Virus record (IMG/VR): IMGVR_UViG_3300044681_000369
Span: 76,971 to 140,970 of that record
DNA length: 64,000 nt
DNA from: a virus
Reading direction: 5' to 3' (one strand)
Below, one piece after another: positions 8,168 through 18,588 of the stretch. The translations under genes were made by a program, and so were the position numbers. Numbering within the stretch: the first letter of the stretch is position 1; each line of letters begins with the position of its first letter. The notes under the pieces were generated by a model that ran no database searches, had not been told where the DNA came from, and saw nothing but the letters and a program-made list of their open reading frames with translations.

Positions 8168-9604
8168 TTAAGCAGTTCTTACCCAAAGAGTTACTGTTGA
8201 GACAACATCTTTGTTTGAGACAATGGTGTCACCTGCATATGTACCAGAGTAAGAACCTGAGTAAGTTCTTGAGCCAGCGTATGAGCCTGAATAAGTTCTT
8301 GAGCCAGAGTATGAGTTTGCATATGTGCCAGAGTAAGTTCTGCTACCCGCATAGTTTGCGGAATAAGTTCTTGAGCCAGAGTATGAGTTTGCAAAGTACA
8401 GTGTGCCTGATGTATATGTGCCGGAATATGTTCTGCTACCAGCAAAGGAACTAGAAAAGTATTGTGTTGCAGAAACGTATGAGGCAGAATATGTTCTGGT
8501 TCCGGCAAAGTTACCGTTTAGATAACCACCGTAATATCTAGCATATGAGCCAGAATATGTTCTGCTACCAGAATATGGTCTTGTGCCGCCGTATGTTGAA
8601 ACGTATGAGCCAGAATATGTTCTGCTGCCCGAATAGTTTCTAGTACCGGCATATGTATTTGCATATGAGTCAGAATATGTTCTGGATCCCGCATACTGAG
8701 AGGGGCTTGACGAATATGTTCTCGTACCACCATAGGTATTTGTGTATGAAGAGCTATATGATCTTGTACCGCCATAGCTGGTGCTATAAGTTCTAGTGCC
8801 ACCATATGAGCCAGTATAGTTTTGTGATATAACCTGTTCTCTGGTATCCGAAGCGGATCCCATATTTACCCATGTTCCGCCAGAAGGCGTAGATGCTTGC
8901 AGTTTGTATGTGCCAACACCAGATGCAATAATTCTATTTCTAAAATTAGCAGTCATCTGTTTAATTTCCGCATCAGTCATTGCAGTGACATTATTTCCGG
9001 AAACTTTTAGAGGACGCAAATCTGAATTAGCAGACGAAGTTGCGGCAGTTTTTTGCCAAATGTAGTAGGTTGTATTTCCGCCGTTTGCTACGTCTGTAAT
9101 CGTATAGCGAGATGTCCATGTGCCACCGGTTGGTGCTGAACCAGAAAGACGATATTGACCGGCAGTATAATCGGATTCAGTTACCATAGCAGAAATAACT
9201 TTATCTAAGATATCTGTGCTAATTTCAGCGTTTGATAGTTGCTTAATACCACCAGAAACAGTGTCAAAACCAACTGTTCTAGCAGTAATTGATTCCGTGG
9301 CTGAAGATGTAACTTGCTTTGCGTAATATGTTACGGTTGCGGTGGAACCAGTTGCAGGGTGAGTACCAGTTGCTTCTGTTCGATCAGTATCAGAAAATGT
9401 ACCGATAGATGTTCCAGTGAGTGCGTTTGCTGTATCAAGATTGATATCTGCTGGATTGCTGCCGTTACTTGCCGCTGTTGCAAAGTCTGTTGTAATTTGA
9501 CTTGCAATATAGTTTTTTACTTCCGCGTCGGACATAACCTGCAAACCTTGAAAGTTTGCAGAGGTGATTGGCGAACCAGAAGCCTTTAGTCTTAATGGAT
9601 TCAT
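8168..9604 (-). CDS. Virion/fibre protein with C-terminal Tyr/Ser/Thr/Gly repeat region
   Basis: Structural-type composition; 14 copies of [YF]xG[ST]RxY; internal N-terminal repeats ((M/L)(S/T)(D/N)AE(I/V); G.Y.L....P.GGTW). Confidence 0.7.
   Translation of the reverse strand: MNPLRLKASGSPITSANFQGLQVMSDAEVKNYIASQITTDFATAASNGSNPADINLDTANALTGTSIGTFSDTDRTEATGTHPATGSTATVTYYAKQVTSSATESITARTVGFDTVSGGIKQLSNAEISTDILDKVISAMVTESDYTAGQYRLSGSAPTGGTWTSRYTITDVANGGNTTYYIWQKTAATSSANSDLRPLKVSGNNVTAMTDAEIKQMTANFRNRIIASGVGTYKLQASTPSGGTWVNMGSASDTREQVISQNYTGSYGGTRTYSTSYGGTRSYSSSYTNTYGGTRTYSSSPSQYAGSRTYSDSYANTYAGTRNYSGSRTYSGSYVSTYGGTRPYSGSRTYSGSYARYYGGYLNGNFAGTRTYSASYVSATQYFSSSFAGSRTYSGTYTSGTLYFANSYSGSRTYSANYAGSRTYSGTYANSYSGSRTYSGSYAGSRTYSGSYSGTYAGDTIVSNKDVVSTVTLWVRTA
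8230..8820 (-). repeat. Coding tandem repeat YxG(S/T)RxY
   Basis: Repeated gagccagaatatgttct / gagccagagtatgagtttgc units. Confidence 0.85.
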
Positions 9605-9615
9605 CGAAAGTTACC

Positions 9616-10098
9616 TTAGTTTAATCTGGTTCCAGATTCATCGTAAATTACAAGTGGGGTATTTGTATACCAGTCGGTACCATCTTTTGCAACAAAGGTT
9701 GCAGAAGTATACCCAGCCATTGTAACTGCCGCGTCTGAAGACCCGCCGTTAATTTTATCGCCAGTATTTGGATAAACTTTCAATGCTGTTCCTGTCGTAT
9801 TAACTACTGTGTAGACTAACGCGGCAGAAGCAACTGGAAGTTTAACACCTTGTCCAGCACTTACTGTGGTAACAATGCTATTTGTAGCCGATAAGGCAGT
9901 AGCACCGCTCTGATCTGTACCAGCGGCAGATACTGTAGCACTAATAGATGGCTTGAGGTCACCAGACAGAGTAAGCGTGCCAAAGCTAGGATTATCCCCA
10001 GACTGATACTTATCTGTATTAAGATTGTTAAAGTTATTATCAACCTCAGTGTTCGTTAGGGGCGAACCTTTAGCCGATCTTAAAGTGATTGTTGACAT
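9616..10098 (-). CDS. Tail fibre-associated structural protein
   Basis: N-terminal 'ITLRSAKGSPLTNTEVDNNF' motif found on phage fibre proteins. Confidence 0.65.
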   Translation of the reverse strand: MSTITLRSAKGSPLTNTEVDNNFNNLNTDKYQSGDNPSFGTLTLSGDLKPSISATVSAAGTDQSGATALSATNSIVTTVSAGQGVKLPVASAALVYTVVNTTGTALKVYPNTGDKINGGSSDAAVTMAGYTSATFVAKDGTDWYTNTPLVIYDESGTRLN

Positions 10099-10100
10099 AT

Positions 10101-10331
10101 CTACTTACCTTGATTTTTTATGATTTGTTGCAACATTAATTTTATGTCGATCATTTCTTGCTTAACTGTATTTATATCGGTTTCAATCTCACGCATCCGA
10201 TTTAGAATACTTTTTTGACTTTCTCGCTTTGCACGATATTGCTTTAGCCCTTCCAAATCATTAGAAATGATGGCCTTTGAATGCCCATCTCTTAGATATT
10301 TAGTTGTATCTTCCAAAGCATATTTCGACAT
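10101..10331 (-). CDS. Small conserved coiled-coil protein downstream of VrlC-like gene (likely start ATG 10331)
   Basis: MSKYALEDTTKYLRDGHSKAIISND...; coiled-coil C-terminus. Confidence 0.55.
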   Translation of the reverse strand: MSKYALEDTTKYLRDGHSKAIISNDLEGLKQYRAKRESQKSILNRMREIETDINTVKQEMIDIKLMLQQIIKNQGK

Positions 10332-10335
10332 AAAA

Positions 10336-13300
10336 TTATACCTGTAGAGCAATTGCACGAAGTTCCCTGACTTTAGGAACAACGCACTGTTTGGTGGACA
10401 ACATCACGATTTTAATCGCAAAAATCTTATACCCAGTGTATGTCACTCCGGCATCTGTATATTCATACACACCAGAACCATTCAAGACGCTTGCTGGTAA
10501 GTCATATGTGTATTCAGCATAACCAGTTGGTAACAATTCTGACGGAGGAGTTGTTTCCATCAGGACCCAATCTTTATCCTCAAATGCTTCTGGGTCAGCC
10601 TCGTGCTGTAGTCTTGCATATACCTTAACATCTGTTCCAGATGGAAGATTATTTGTCAAGTAAACTCGCAGGTCTTCGGCTTCTTGTCCATCATCCAATA
10701 CAACTCTTCTAGAAACATATTTCGATCTTGCAGATCCAAACCCGGTTTCTTCATCGGTGTCATCATTATTAATATCATTGGCTGTTGCTATCATAGAGCA
10801 TTTTCTCAAATCAATTACTGGAGAAACAGTAGAGGTTTGAGTGTACATGCCAACTCTAATCTTAAATGACTTTTCTCCACCAAGATTTTCATATTCATTC
10901 GAGAATGATCTAATAGACGCATCATATAGCAATTCTTCAGGCTTGTCTGCTGTGAAGTTCTCAAAATCTGTACCGGCAGTAGTTTCTGTTCCGGTATTTT
11001 CCGTGGCAGAATATGACCAAACCATTCTGCATGGTGTATGATTCATATGACCAACGTTTGCAGTGAGTGAATTGATTGCCTTATCTTCAACTTCTACAAC
11101 TTCTCCGTAAGCGGTACCGTTACCAACAACATCGCTGGCAGAGAATGCGCCTGTTACAACATACAACTTGGCAACATTATACAATGTGTCATAAGTTTGG
11201 ATTAAACCGGAATTTAATCTAACCGTTGCTGAGCCGTCTGTGCCACCAGAAATTGTACTGAATGAAATTGTTGGCGCACTTGTGTAGCCTGCTCCTGGAT
11301 TTGTAACAGTAATGCTTGAAATTTGATTTGATGAAACAACAACATCTACAGTTGCATCTGTTGTGGCTCCACCGCCAGACAGTGTAATTGAATGTGTGCC
11401 GTTTGTATATCCAGAACCGGCATCATCAATAGTAAACGAGAACCCGTGAATAGATTCGCCCACATCAAAGTTTCCGCCTGTAAATTGATCAAAGCGGAGA
11501 TAATCAATATCTTGAGTTTCCAGTTCGACCAAACCAACACTGTTGATATCAAAGTCTGCTCTGTTTAGCAGGAACTTCATGTCTTCTGCCTGGTGTGCTG
11601 TCCAAGTTCTATTGTTTGCTGAAGTGAATAGTACACCAACGCTTGGCTGTTCCGTAACTCTTGTTGTTGTGTTTACAACATTTTCACCCAACTCAGATAC
11701 CCAAACTTCATAGTCTGGAGAGTTACCTTCAGGCAACAGAACATAGCAATATTCTGTATTGTTCTTTAGATAGACAGGAGAAGGGAATGTAAACCGAGTT
11801 CTTGCACCCGCATTGTCAGCGTCAACGTTAACTTGCTCTGGTCTTAATGTTACTTCACCAAATGGTAGAATGTTATTTGAAGGATAACCATTCTGAACTT
11901 CTCTCAATTCTAATTTAATTGCGGCTGTATCTGATTTTGTTCTAAAGAAAACATCAACCGATGTTGCATACATGCCAAAAGGCATATCTTCAACCATAAA
12001 GGTCTGAGAGATAGGATCAAAGCCTGGTGTAAAAGCAAGACCACAATTCCAGTTCCACTGCCAAGCGGTATCCCACCAGAGAGACAGTTCGTCTGCAATC
12101 CAAAAATCGTCCCAACAAGCTATGTTAGGATTGGGATCCGGAACAGGAGCGGCAGTAGTTGTAGTTGGCGCCGCCGTTGTGGTGGTGGTGGTCGTAGTTG
12201 TTGGCGCCGCCGTTGTGGTGGTGGTCGTAGTTGTAGTGGTTGTAGTTGGCGCCGCCGTTGTGGTGGTCGTAGTTGTTGGCGCCGCCGTAGTTGTAGTTGT
12301 TGTTACTCTCGGAGTAGTGGTTTCCGGGTTAACAGTGGGAACTACAGGCTCATCCGGCGGCGATGGCGGAGGATAAATAATAGTTGTGTTAGTATTATTG
12401 ACAGTTGTAGTATTATCAACATAGGTATTTTGAATATTTGTAGTGTTGTTTACTGTAGTATATGTGTTATTTACTACAGTGGTTTGAATACCAACTCTTC
12501 TCCCCTCAAGTCTATTGACTGTGGTTTGAGTATCATATGTAAGTCTAGTATCCGTAAGAGTGTTGGTTGCAATCTTAGCAACTCTAGTAGAAATTACGGT
12601 ATCTTGAACATTTTGTGCTAAACCGTTTGCAGAAAATGTTTGACTACAAACTGTAGTTAAGAATTTTTCTCTATTTTGCTCATCATCAGCCAAACGGAAA
12701 ATCTTTTCGCCAACTCTAAATTGTCCCTGTGGGATTCTAAATTGTCCCATGGCTCTACCTTCATCGTTAGTGATGATGGCATCACCCCAATCACCATCCG
12801 CATAAGATGATGCTTCGACTGAATTGGTAAAGTTCTGATTCCATGCGCCAGATACTGCAACTGGTCGGCAATGTTCTGACACTGCAATACCATCAAAGAA
12901 AGGATATATCCGTGTGTTAGGCTTCATTCTCTCTGCCTTAAACGTTACGGTTATACTTCTCATGAATGGAATGATTGAAGTATTTGTTACTCTGGCTCCA
13001 GTTCTCTGAGTTTGAGTTTCTGGTGTAACACTAATTGAAATGCCCTGTCTTGTTTGACGCTGTTCAATTGTAGATGTTACAATTTGCATGTCTGTCTGGA
13101 ATCCGGTATCGCCTCCACCATAAACGGCGCTTACCGCATCTGTGGTTTCTGTTGATACAACTCTACCAGTTCCTAAATCTTGCCAGTCGCCCCACTGAGT
13201 TCCCCAGGCATCTGCCATCTGTTCCCAGGCATCATAGTTTCCATCAAAGTTTGCAGAAACATCGGGAAGAACGCTAGTATCTGTCCAGTTGTCAACCGGA

Positions 13301-16300
13301 GGATCAAGTTGCATATCACCAATATAATTGAAGAGCAACTCACCCACACAATTTCTTGGTTTGGTAGCAAATAGGTTTCTAGTATAATTTACTTCAGTGT
13401 ATGGCAATGTAATCAAATCGCCAGTCTTTTGAATATTTGACGAATTTGTAGAATTATACTGAAGATCAACGTTTTCTAAAAAGAAGAACGCACGAAGTTC
13501 TTTTTTCTCAGGATCTATAGCTGAGTGATGTTCAGAACTCTTAACGTTTGCAATATTGTGACCAGTAAAGGCATCAACTAGAATGCCGTTCTTAAATCGA
13601 TTTAAGCCTGGATCTGCGGCAGAAGGAATTACGAGGTCCTTTGCTGCCTTCTCTAAAAGATTTAGAGAACTATAATACTCTAGTCGATTAATTCTCTGTT
13701 CTAATACACCAATGTCTCGCATGGTGTATCTACGATTATCTTGTAATTTATACTTTACGCCCATTTCTGGCTTACCAATTACCTTAGCAACGTTTGGTGC
13801 CAAAGATGGATAAGGAGGAATGGTTACAACTGCTAATGTCATAGCATTGTCTGGTTCGGCTGCCTCTAATGGAGATAGAGAAGGAACGCCGTAAACTGAT
13901 GAGAAATTGCCTTCTTCATCAATAACAATTCTATCTTTTCTACCCATGTAGTATTCGATGTCAGTAATGAACTGCTCTGTAGGAACAGGTACAATTACTG
14001 CGCCACCTTGAGGACCACTCAAAGTAGATGCATATGCAGGGTTTGTATTTGATGGATCTGATTCGGCAGTAGAAACATTTGTGTAGTATGAAATTTCGTT
14101 ATCATACCTTGGTCTAAAGTCTAATGTATCTCTTAGATCGTAAGAGCTACCAGAAACCGTTGAGGTAAAGATAGGAATCTCATACGTTTTTAGTGTACCT
14201 GCCGCACCAGTTTCGTCATCTACTGGATATGAATCCACGGTGTAGAAGTTATAGTTTGTAACTGGAGAACCGTTGTGTTCAAAATAATCAAAAACAACAA
14301 CAAGTTTTGAATCAGTTAAATTCAGAGATGATGTTGGTTTCTTGATGATTCTGCAATTTGCATAGAAATTGTCTCTTTGCCCATTGTCAAAAGTAAACTG
14401 ATCTTTTACATCATCTCCCAAAGCAACAACATCTGCCGCAGTCTCATCGTACGGTCCAACATAAACGTGTTTTAGTTGCCAACCGTCTGACGCACCTAAA
14501 CTATATGTGCCTGAGGTGTCGCCACTAGTATTAGTGTTAATGATAACAACGGCATCTTCCTTCATAACCTTAGTTACAGGATCAGCGTTTGCAACATGTA
14601 CCTTAACGAGTACCTGAACTGTTGCCGCTGTTGCTCCAGCACTACCAGGAAGATTAATTGTTAACTGTGTGCCTGTGTTGCTAACGCTAAATCCAGAAGC
14701 ACTCAAATCTAGAATAGAACCGGCTGGATAAGAAGTGCCCTCAATGGTTGCAGCCTGTGTTAGAGTTACAACAACATTGTCTAGTGCTTCAGTATCACTT
14801 AATGTAGGAATTGAAAACGGAAAACTTTCACTTCCTGAAACGCCAACTGTAATCGAATTTGTTGATGTTGAAATTGATCCAGAAAGTTGTTTTGTGTAGT
14901 CAAAACTATTGTCTTGCGCAAGATTTGGCTTTGTTGTTTTTGTTGCTTTTGACGGAAGTCTAAACAACAACCTATTAAATTTTGTCTCTTTTAATACTGC
15001 TATACCAGACTCTAAAACTAGGTCTGCGTGGCCATCGGCTGTTGTATTATAGTACAACGCTCGGACAGAATCAAAATTTTGACCAGAATTAATTTTGATG
15101 TCATAGAGATAAACTCTATACTGTGCTGCCGCATTGCCTGGTGTACCAGAACTGTACTGAACGTAACGAACTTTTGCTGTACCAATTTCGCTACCACCGG
15201 CAGCTGTTGATGACAAGGTTCCAGACGTAACTGCATTTGTTGCGGCGCTTCTTAAAGATACTGTGCCGCCACCAGCAACATCCCATGAACCGCAGAAATC
15301 ATCAACGATAACATAGTTACCGTAAGACGTTGCTACAGAATTCTCTTGAATTGTTCTTGTGGTTAATCCTTTTGGTACAATAATGTATTCGGTTTTATAT
15401 GTTTCGGCTAAATAACCGCGAACATATGCTTTACCTGGCTCAATACCAATGGCAAGCAATTCTTCATTGCCTCCCATATTTGGATCATCTGAATTATATG
15501 GCAGTAAACCAGAATTTGTGCCATCATCTAGATGTTCCAAAATTCTGATAGGAAATGGTTTTACTGAATAGTTGCCAGACTCATCGTATGTTCTCTTTGC
15601 AATATTCTTGCCAAGAAGAGCATAGATTTTATCTTCAGTCTGAGTTGTGTATAATGAACCCGCTTTAATTTCAATATATTGCTGGAAGTCTTCAGATACT
15701 TGATCGTTTCTTCCATATTTTACCAAAGATGCTGTTGACAAATATCTGTCTGCACCAGGCGCGGCAAAGTTAAATGTTCCTTGCGCTGGATCAAGTAGTG
15801 TTTGATCTTCTTCGGCATTTACAATATTTTCAATTAATTCAAAACCAATCTTATATGTAGGAAGATTACTATATGGATCAAGAATCATCGTTTCTTTTGT
15901 AAACTCGACAAATTTGCCGTCAAGATATACAATACCATCATTGACGGTAACAAAAGAACCAAGACCTCTATATGCCTGATCGCCAGGAACTAAGCTATCG
16001 TTAGCAACAAATGTGTCGCCAATTAGAGTGACATCTTCTGCATCTGTAACCAAAAGAACTTCGCTTGGTTCAAAATATGAATTTGAAGTTTCGCCGTCAC
16101 CAGAAATATATCTCAAATATAATGTGTTTAAGAATGGTGCAGTTGTCTGAGAACCAGAAAGCACATTTACTACTAGTGCGGTGATCCCAGATGTTTGTCC
16201 TGTTACCGTGCATCCAACATATCTGTTTAAGTCAGATAGTGTTAGTCCAGATGCGTCTAAGTCATTGATTTTAATGAAGTTTGCGTTAACATCTAGCTGA

Positions 16301-16503
16301 AATTCGCAGCCAGCAATAACGGCACCATTCTTAAATACATGATTACCAAATTTGCCAATCTGGTCCTGAAGTAAGGTTTGAAGTTGCGTTAGTTCTCTAG
16401 CCTGAACTGCATAGCCAGGCTTAAAGAGTAGCTTTGTATATTTTTTTGCAATCGCATCTTCCGAATTATCGAAATATGGAGATACATTTAGGTCAAGTGC
16501 CAT
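10336..16503 (-). CDS. Large virion structural protein, VrlC/DUF4815-like (baseplate-fibre associated)
   Basis: N-terminal 'LNVSPYFD...LFKPGYAVQARELTQLQ', 'APGADR', 'RTYDESGNY', 'RRYTMRDIG', 'DPISQTF' hallmark motifs. Confidence 0.85.
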   Translation of the reverse strand: MALDLNVSPYFDNSEDAIAKKYTKLLFKPGYAVQARELTQLQTLLQDQIGKFGNHVFKNGAVIAGCEFQLDVNANFIKINDLDASGLTLSDLNRYVGCTVTGQTSGITALVVNVLSGSQTTAPFLNTLYLRYISGDGETSNSYFEPSEVLLVTDAEDVTLIGDTFVANDSLVPGDQAYRGLGSFVTVNDGIVYLDGKFVEFTKETMILDPYSNLPTYKIGFELIENIVNAEEDQTLLDPAQGTFNFAAPGADRYLSTASLVKYGRNDQVSEDFQQYIEIKAGSLYTTQTEDKIYALLGKNIAKRTYDESGNYSVKPFPIRILEHLDDGTNSGLLPYNSDDPNMGGNEELLAIGIEPGKAYVRGYLAETYKTEYIIVPKGLTTRTIQENSVATSYGNYVIVDDFCGSWDVAGGGTVSLRSAATNAVTSGTLSSTAAGGSEIGTAKVRYVQYSSGTPGNAAAQYRVYLYDIKINSGQNFDSVRALYYNTTADGHADLVLESGIAVLKETKFNRLLFRLPSKATKTTKPNLAQDNSFDYTKQLSGSISTSTNSITVGVSGSESFPFSIPTLSDTEALDNVVVTLTQAATIEGTSYPAGSILDLSASGFSVSNTGTQLTINLPGSAGATAATVQVLVKVHVANADPVTKVMKEDAVVIINTNTSGDTSGTYSLGASDGWQLKHVYVGPYDETAADVVALGDDVKDQFTFDNGQRDNFYANCRIIKKPTSSLNLTDSKLVVVFDYFEHNGSPVTNYNFYTVDSYPVDDETGAAGTLKTYEIPIFTSTVSGSSYDLRDTLDFRPRYDNEISYYTNVSTAESDPSNTNPAYASTLSGPQGGAVIVPVPTEQFITDIEYYMGRKDRIVIDEEGNFSSVYGVPSLSPLEAAEPDNAMTLAVVTIPPYPSLAPNVAKVIGKPEMGVKYKLQDNRRYTMRDIGVLEQRINRLEYYSSLNLLEKAAKDLVIPSAADPGLNRFKNGILVDAFTGHNIANVKSSEHHSAIDPEKKELRAFFFLENVDLQYNSTNSSNIQKTGDLITLPYTEVNYTRNLFATKPRNCVGELLFNYIGDMQLDPPVDNWTDTSVLPDVSANFDGNYDAWEQMADAWGTQWGDWQDLGTGRVVSTETTDAVSAVYGGGDTGFQTDMQIVTSTIEQRQTRQGISISVTPETQTQRTGARVTNTSIIPFMRSITVTFKAERMKPNTRIYPFFDGIAVSEHCRPVAVSGAWNQNFTNSVEASSYADGDWGDAIITNDEGRAMGQFRIPQGQFRVGEKIFRLADDEQNREKFLTTVCSQTFSANGLAQNVQDTVISTRVAKIATNTLTDTRLTYDTQTTVNRLEGRRVGIQTTVVNNTYTTVNNTTNIQNTYVDNTTTVNNTNTTIIYPPPSPPDEPVVPTVNPETTTPRVTTTTTTAAPTTTTTTTAAPTTTTTTTTTTTTAAPTTTTTTTTTAAPTTTTAAPVPDPNPNIACWDDFWIADELSLWWDTAWQWNWNCGLAFTPGFDPISQTFMVEDMPFGMYATSVDVFFRTKSDTAAIKLELREVQNGYPSNNILPFGEVTLRPEQVNVDADNAGARTRFTFPSPVYLKNNTEYCYVLLPEGNSPDYEVWVSELGENVVNTTTRVTEQPSVGVLFTSANNRTWTAHQAEDMKFLLNRADFDINSVGLVELETQDIDYLRFDQFTGGNFDVGESIHGFSFTIDDAGSGYTNGTHSITLSGGGATTDATVDVVVSSNQISSITVTNPGAGYTSAPTISFSTISGGTDGSATVRLNSGLIQTYDTLYNVAKLYVVTGAFSASDVVGNGTAYGEVVEVEDKAINSLTANVGHMNHTPCRMVWSYSATENTGTETTAGTDFENFTADKPEELLYDASIRSFSNEYENLGGEKSFKIRVGMYTQTSTVSPVIDLRKCSMIATANDINNDDTDEETGFGSARSKYVSRRVVLDDGQEAEDLRVYLTNNLPSGTDVKVYARLQHEADPEAFEDKDWVLMETTPPSELLPTGYAEYTYDLPASVLNGSGVYEYTDAGVTYTGYKIFAIKIVMLSTKQCVVPKVRELRAIALQV
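12140..12320 (-). repeat. Mucin-like (T)nAAP tandem repeat in VrlC-like protein
   Basis: Five (T)4-12-AAP units; DNA repeats gttggcgccgccgttgtggtgg. Confidence 0.9.
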
Positions 16504-16519
16504 CGCTTACTTCTCTTTT

Positions 16520-18082
16520 TTAGAAATTAATAATTGTTCGTACTTTTTCAACTTGATCTTGCTGCCTTGTGATCTGTCTACGATTCTCAATATAGAGAAT
16601 TTCGCCTGTAGTATTAATCACATCTGGCGCAGTCAAACTATTTATAGTCAAATCTGAGATCGTTTGAGTGTTGTTGCTCAATATACTTGTTGAGCTTATG
16701 CTCGGAATAATAGGAAGAAGGTAAATTTTATTTAATTCCGATACTATTTGAGCAACAACAAACCTGCCACCAGTATTTGTCCATATCTCATCATCAACGT
16801 TGTATAACGAAACATCATCAACTTCTATGATATAGCATGTTGTTCCTGTGTCATCCGTAAAGTTTGCATCGTTGGATTTAAGAACATTTTTAACTATGCC
16901 GACTTGTCTAAAGTCATTATTCAAGAAATAGTCTGAGGTATCATTATCCAAATTTACAGATACGCACACGTTTGTGGCATATAACTCTTTTATAGGATTT
17001 GATCCGTGACCATAATAAGGTGATACTGTGGCTTTTGCAACTGCGCCAGTTCCCAACCCAAGAATGTTATTGAAATAGACTTCAGCAAAAGTGTATCCGG
17101 TTCCTTGATTGGTTATTCTAACATTTGAAATTTCACCAAATGCGTTTACTTCGGCTACTGCCTCTGCGCCTGTTCCATCGCCAACAATTTGCACAAGAAC
17201 ATCATCTATAGAATAATTTTCACCTACGGCTGTCAAAACAATTCGATCTACCGTTCCTGGAATAGCGGCTGCCTCAATATTCTCTTGAATTACTGAGGTA
17301 GGATTATTGCCTAACTCAACAGAAAACTCTGCGCCGCTTCCGGTTCCATTATCAACAAGAGTCAAATATGCAAATGAATAACCACTACCGCCAGTAAAGG
17401 ATACCGAAGTAATTTCTCCAGCCTCATTAACACCATCAATAGTAACTGTTGCTCCGTTGCCGTCCCCATGAACAATAACTTGCGGAACGTTACCGATATC
17501 GTAGCCAGAACCTGGATTTACAATAGTGATTTGATCAAGTTCACCATTAATATCATATAACGGTTGACCAACACCTGCCATTTTTCTAACAGGAATATAA
17601 TCAACAGTTAAGAACTTGATCTCGTCTGAAGCCTCAACGCTAAACATGTATTTCCAAACATAGCCGTCTGGCAACAAAAATGCATTATTAACATCTTCGT
17701 TGGAGGGCTTATACTGACTAGGCGAACCATTGTTATTGTTTAGGCACTTGTATACTCTCATGTCAGACGTTAAGACATAAAAGTTTGATTGAGACAAATC
17801 AATGTCATCTTCATACTGATCGTATACAGTATCTTGTTCCCAATCAATTCGTCTTGCCATAAGGACAACATCCGTCGGCTGAACTCTCTTAACAAACATC
17901 ATATTTCTATGAGTTGTTCCATTATAGAATTCAGTGTCCAGAGGTTCTTCTTCAATTGGCTCATTAGACCATTCTGTGGTTTTACCCACAAAGATATAAA
18001 AGAAGTCGTTTTCGTTTACAATATCACGATAGAAACTTCTTGCCAATTCTTGTCTTGCAAGACTTCTTAGCAATAAGGCCAC
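16520..18082 (-). CDS. gp8: Baseplate wedge subunit gp8
   Basis: 'RRIDW...YDQY', 'FYVLTSDMRVYKCLNNN', 'DGYVWKYMF', 'G(E)ILYIENR..ITR..DQ.E'. Confidence 0.85.
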   Translation of the reverse strand: MALLLRSLARQELARSFYRDIVNENDFFYIFVGKTTEWSNEPIEEEPLDTEFYNGTTHRNMMFVKRVQPTDVVLMARRIDWEQDTVYDQYEDDIDLSQSNFYVLTSDMRVYKCLNNNNGSPSQYKPSNEDVNNAFLLPDGYVWKYMFSVEASDEIKFLTVDYIPVRKMAGVGQPLYDINGELDQITIVNPGSGYDIGNVPQVIVHGDGNGATVTIDGVNEAGEITSVSFTGGSGYSFAYLTLVDNGTGSGAEFSVELGNNPTSVIQENIEAAAIPGTVDRIVLTAVGENYSIDDVLVQIVGDGTGAEAVAEVNAFGEISNVRITNQGTGYTFAEVYFNNILGLGTGAVAKATVSPYYGHGSNPIKELYATNVCVSVNLDNDTSDYFLNNDFRQVGIVKNVLKSNDANFTDDTGTTCYIIEVDDVSLYNVDDEIWTNTGGRFVVAQIVSELNKIYLLPIIPSISSTSILSNNTQTISDLTINSLTAPDVINTTGEILYIENRRQITRQQDQVEKVRTIINF

Positions 18083-18100
18083 AATAGCGTCCTACTTAAA

Positions 18101-18559
18101 TTATTCTACAGTGACCGTCCAGGTGATGGTCATAGAGTCACCCGCGGCCTTGTTGATTACCGCAAACTCTGTACGACATAGCATTGTTCCAGCACTAGCA
18201 TCGTTAAAGATACCAGCTTCTGTAATTGCACCTGTGCCATTACCAGCCGCAAACGTGGCAACATATTGTACCGAATTGTTTGTGGTAGTTGCAGAAGTTA
18301 GTGTCGCACGATATAGCTCATGCTCTAGTGCTGTGTCGCCAGCGGCTGGGTTAGTAGCACCGCCAGCTTGGTCGCCGTCGCCAATTGCCATATGCGACAT
18401 GACGCCAGCGGATGCGGAAGTCATGCGTGATGCAATATAGTCTAAACCAGCATCAACAACTAGGTTGGTTACGTTATATTCCTGCTTTAGGTTGCCAGAA
18501 GCATCGTTAACAACGATGTTTAGCTTACCGGTTGCGGAAAGAAATTCGATATTTCTCAT
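18101..18559 (-). CDS. Baseplate/tail-fibre collar-like structural protein
   Basis: 'NLVV..G...IA.R...SHMAIG.G...TAL..E...ITEAGIF' motif. Confidence 0.65.
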   Translation of the reverse strand: MRNIEFLSATGKLNIVVNDASGNLKQEYNVTNLVVDAGLDYIASRMTSASAGVMSHMAIGDGDQAGGATNPAAGDTALEHELYRATLTSATTTNNSVQYVATFAAGNGTGAITEAGIFNDASAGTMLCRTEFAVINKAAGDSMTITWTVTVE

Positions 18560-18588
18560 GATTTTTACCTTCTTCTTGGTTTAAAAAT

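Noticed and set aside
8230-8820. Possible CRISPR array
   Set aside because: The repeats are degenerate, in frame and protein-coding, with no unique spacers of constant length.
12122-12376. Poly-Val plus-strand ORF
   Set aside because: Antisense of the poly-Thr repeat in the VrlC-like gene.
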